Part shown: in pieces, positions 61,341 through 64,000 of the stretch
How positions within the stretch are numbered: the stretch's first letter is position 1
How the letters are laid out: each line of letters starts with the position of its first letter
Origin: Azolla caroliniana
Lineage: Eukaryota > Plantae > Polypodiophyta
Direction of reading: 5' to 3'
NCBI GenBank assembly: GCA_043228905.1
Contig: JBHGNT010000021.1
Coordinates: forward strand, 9,300,001 to 9,364,000
DNA length: 64,000 nt
The notes under the pieces: generated by a model
The model's input: only the letters and a program-made list of their open reading frames with translations
The model's database searches: none
Told to the model about the DNA's origin: nothing
Made by a program: the position numbers and the translations under genes

Positions 61341-62799
61341 GTTTACGTTTTATAGATAATTGTAACAGAGATAGCATTGCATCTGGGCTCAAATCTATAT
61401 GCAAAGGAAATGGTATTAGACTACATTCAATTAACTAATACTTTACATAGTACTTGTGAACATGGAGACAAATTTTAATACATGGAAAAAGTTCTTGATT
61501 CTTTGCCAAGGCTAGCTCAGAAGTCATGAAGTTTGAAGAGTCCGTGGACATATTTCAAATGTCCAAGGTGTTGTGATTCAGGGAGTGCAATGAGGAAATG
61601 ATTTAGACTTTAACATATATAAAAGATTGAAGGATATGTCAAAACTATATCAAAAGAAGTTTATGAGACAAAATTATGAAAAACAAAAAAACATAGCTCA
61701 ATTATGAAGAGTTTTTTCTAGGAACAAAAAGGTCAAGGGTTTAAGTCTTCTCTAAACTATGAAACCATATGTTGAAGGGATGAACAAGAGCGATGCAAAT
61801 GGATAGATATAGAATCAACATTTTTCTCACACCGAGCACTCTGAGAGAAGAGTGTCTGGTAAAAAAGAAAGTTAATATTCTTATTTTCGTTGAGGTGCTC
61901 CTAAGGCCTATAAAAGGGAGAGGAGAGCTCATGGCAAGGCAGAGATTCTAGATCAAGGTGGATGTGCTACTAGAATTTTGAATGGGCTTGGGATTGTGAA
62001 TCAAAAGGGTGTATGAGACCAACAATGAGAAGAGATGAAGTGGCCATTATTGTCTATTGGGATATTACGTCAAAATTCTAATATCTCCTCCTTAAGCTCC
62101 ATCAAATCTTACATCTCAATCTATTTACCTATCTTACTTTTAAACCACTCCAAGTAACAAAGCAAACTTAATCTAATTGAATCTAATTCAACCTATTGAT
62201 TGGATGTATTCAACCTTTTCAATATAAATTGTAAAGTTATTTTCTTATTTTTTTAAGTAGCTCGTTTAAGATCCCATTGAACAACCAGAATGACCACCAT
62301 GAGCAACCTATTTCCTGTCCTCTTAATGTTGTCACATTAAATGATGTAGAAGTGCAAAAATGTACTAAGGCTGATTGATGATTACAATGCCTACAATAAG
62401 ATGCACCTCGATAATGCCCAATTTATTACGAAATGTACAACTTTTTGATCCAGCACAATGCATAACCAATGCTTGATTTTCACAACAAAATAACCCAAAT
62501 CTGTTGGGGTTTCGGAAATGAAAAAAAGCACAAACATAATCGATCGATCGGCCAAAAATTGTACGACCGGTGAATCAAATATTGAAATGGTGATATGGCA
62601 TCTAACCTGTCAATGGATCCATCGGCACCTTCTCACTAAGTGCATTGGCCATTTTCGTAAAAAAACAAAACTATAGAAACTGAAACCGTGAAGGAAAGGA
62701 AGAAGACGCAGCATCAGCTCTTCTCTCAATTGTTAATGCGTTTCATTTAGTTCATAAAAACGGAAAAAACAGAGTAAATATGTATGTATTGGTGGACCG

Positions 62800-64000
62800 A
62801 TGAGAAGGAACACCGGATTCCTTCCATCCATCCATGGAAAGCTCCCCCCTCAAAGCCAGGGTACCAACACAGCCATTGGAAACGACTCTTACAGATATGT
62901 GAGTTTACTCAAGGCCTGCTCCAAGAAGAAAGACCTGCGTGAAGGCATTCGATTGCATAGGGAAATCCTGGAGAGCAGAGGAGGAGGAGAACAACTAGCC
63001 ATGAACCCTCACCTAGCCAACACCCTCATTAGTATGTATGCACAATGTGAAGCGATGTCAATGGCTGAGCAAGTGGTAGATGATCTTCCGTGTCATGATA
63101 TTGTCTCTTGGAATGCGCTAATATCGGGGTATGTCCGACAAGGAAAAGACAATGAAGTATTGCAGTGCTTTGAATGTATACACAATGAGGGCCATTTCTT
63201 AGACGTTGTCACATTGACTTGTGTCTTGAAGGTTTGTGGAAGAAGAAGACGAACGTGGGGGTTAAAGAAAGGGAAGCATATTCATAGTGTGATTGTTTCT
63301 AGAGAGTTGTTACTTGAGAAAGACATTGCACTTGGTACTGCTTTAGTGAACATGTATGCTAAATGTGGTAATTTTGTAGAAGCACAAGAAGTGTTTGATG
63401 AGCTTCTTGTTCGAAACACCGTCTCATGGAACGTGCTCATATCTGGATATGTTGGCCATGGCGAAGGTATGAAAGCAATGGGTTCTTTTGAAGTGATGTT
63501 ATGTGAGGGTCTTTCACCAGATACAGTTACGTATGTTTGCATCTTGAAGATATGTGGTACCATGCAAGATTTAGCAAAGGGAAAGCAAATCCACTATCGT
63601 ATCACCCAAGAGAGCTTGCTTGGTAAGGATATCGTTCTGGGAAATGCTTTGATCAACATGTATGCCAAATGTGGTGAGCTTCAACGAGCACAGCAAGTAA
63701 TGGAAAAGATCCCTGTTCGAGATGCTATCTCCTGGTCTACACTAATAGCAAGATATGCTGAATTGGGGCAACACAAGGAAGCTTTGAAGTCTTTTGAACA
63801 TATGCTAAATGAGGGACACTCTCCAGATGTTGTCACATTTATATCCATATTGAAGGCATGTACAAGTGCAGGAGCCATAGACAAGGGTAAAGAAATCCAT
63901 GATGAAGTTACGCGAAGAGGTTGGTTAGAAAAGAATATTGTTCTTGGAAATACACTTGTGGATATGTATGCAAAGTGTGGGATGCTTGCTAAAGCAAAGC
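62800..64000 (+). CDS. PLS-class pentatricopeptide repeat protein (5' part; runs off the window), likely an organellar RNA-editing factor
   Basis: Open frame from ATG 62800 with repeated LVNMYAKCG...A..VFD....VSWN.LISGY...PD.VT...ILK.C...GK.IH motifs and no stop to 64000. It is absent from the ORF track because it is incomplete. Confidence 0.93.
   Translation, partial: MRRNTGFLPSIHGKLPPQSQGTNTAIGNDSYRYVSLLKACSKKKDLREGIRLHREILESRGGGEQLAMNPHLANTLISMYAQCEAMSMAEQVVDDLPCHDIVSWNALISGYVRQGKDNEVLQCFECIHNEGHFLDVVTLTCVLKVCGRRRRTWGLKKGKHIHSVIVSRELLLEKDIALGTALVNMYAKCGNFVEAQEVFDELLVRNTVSWNVLISGYVGHGEGMKAMGSFEVMLCEGLSPDTVTYVCILKICGTMQDLAKGKQIHYRITQESLLGKDIVLGNALINMYAKCGELQRAQQVMEKIPVRDAISWSTLIARYAELGQHKEALKSFEHMLNEGHSPDVVTFISILKACTSAGAIDKGKEIHDEVTRRGWLEKNIVLGNTLVDMYAKCGMLAKAK

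Overview
Eukaryotic, retrotransposon-dominated land-plant DNA; the PLS-class PPR repeat style suggests a fern, which is an inference. Two host genes are supportable: a 7-coding-exon HMGB gene (44332-46579, +) and the 5' part of a PLS-class PPR gene (62800 to window end, +). The rest is nested transposons: a full-length decayed non-chromovirus Ty3/gypsy element with an extra 3' ORF (2853-12943) inside the LTR of a non-autonomous LTR element; an intact Ty1/copia with identical LTRs (18255-23620) inside an older copia; three L1-like LINE fragments; an RTEX-like LINE; and a Sola2-like DNA transposon remnant with a convergent RING-like gene. The most notable observation: in three divergent LTR families (12434-12477 +, 49596-49639 -, 57205-57245 -) the polypurine-tract position holds no purine tract. 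Instead it holds a sense copy of a tRNA-Arg 3' end (T-arm to CCA), interrupted by a 4-bp hairpin with compensatory changes across all three copies. This suggests a retroelement lineage with tRNA-primed or tRNA-mimic-primed plus-strand synthesis.
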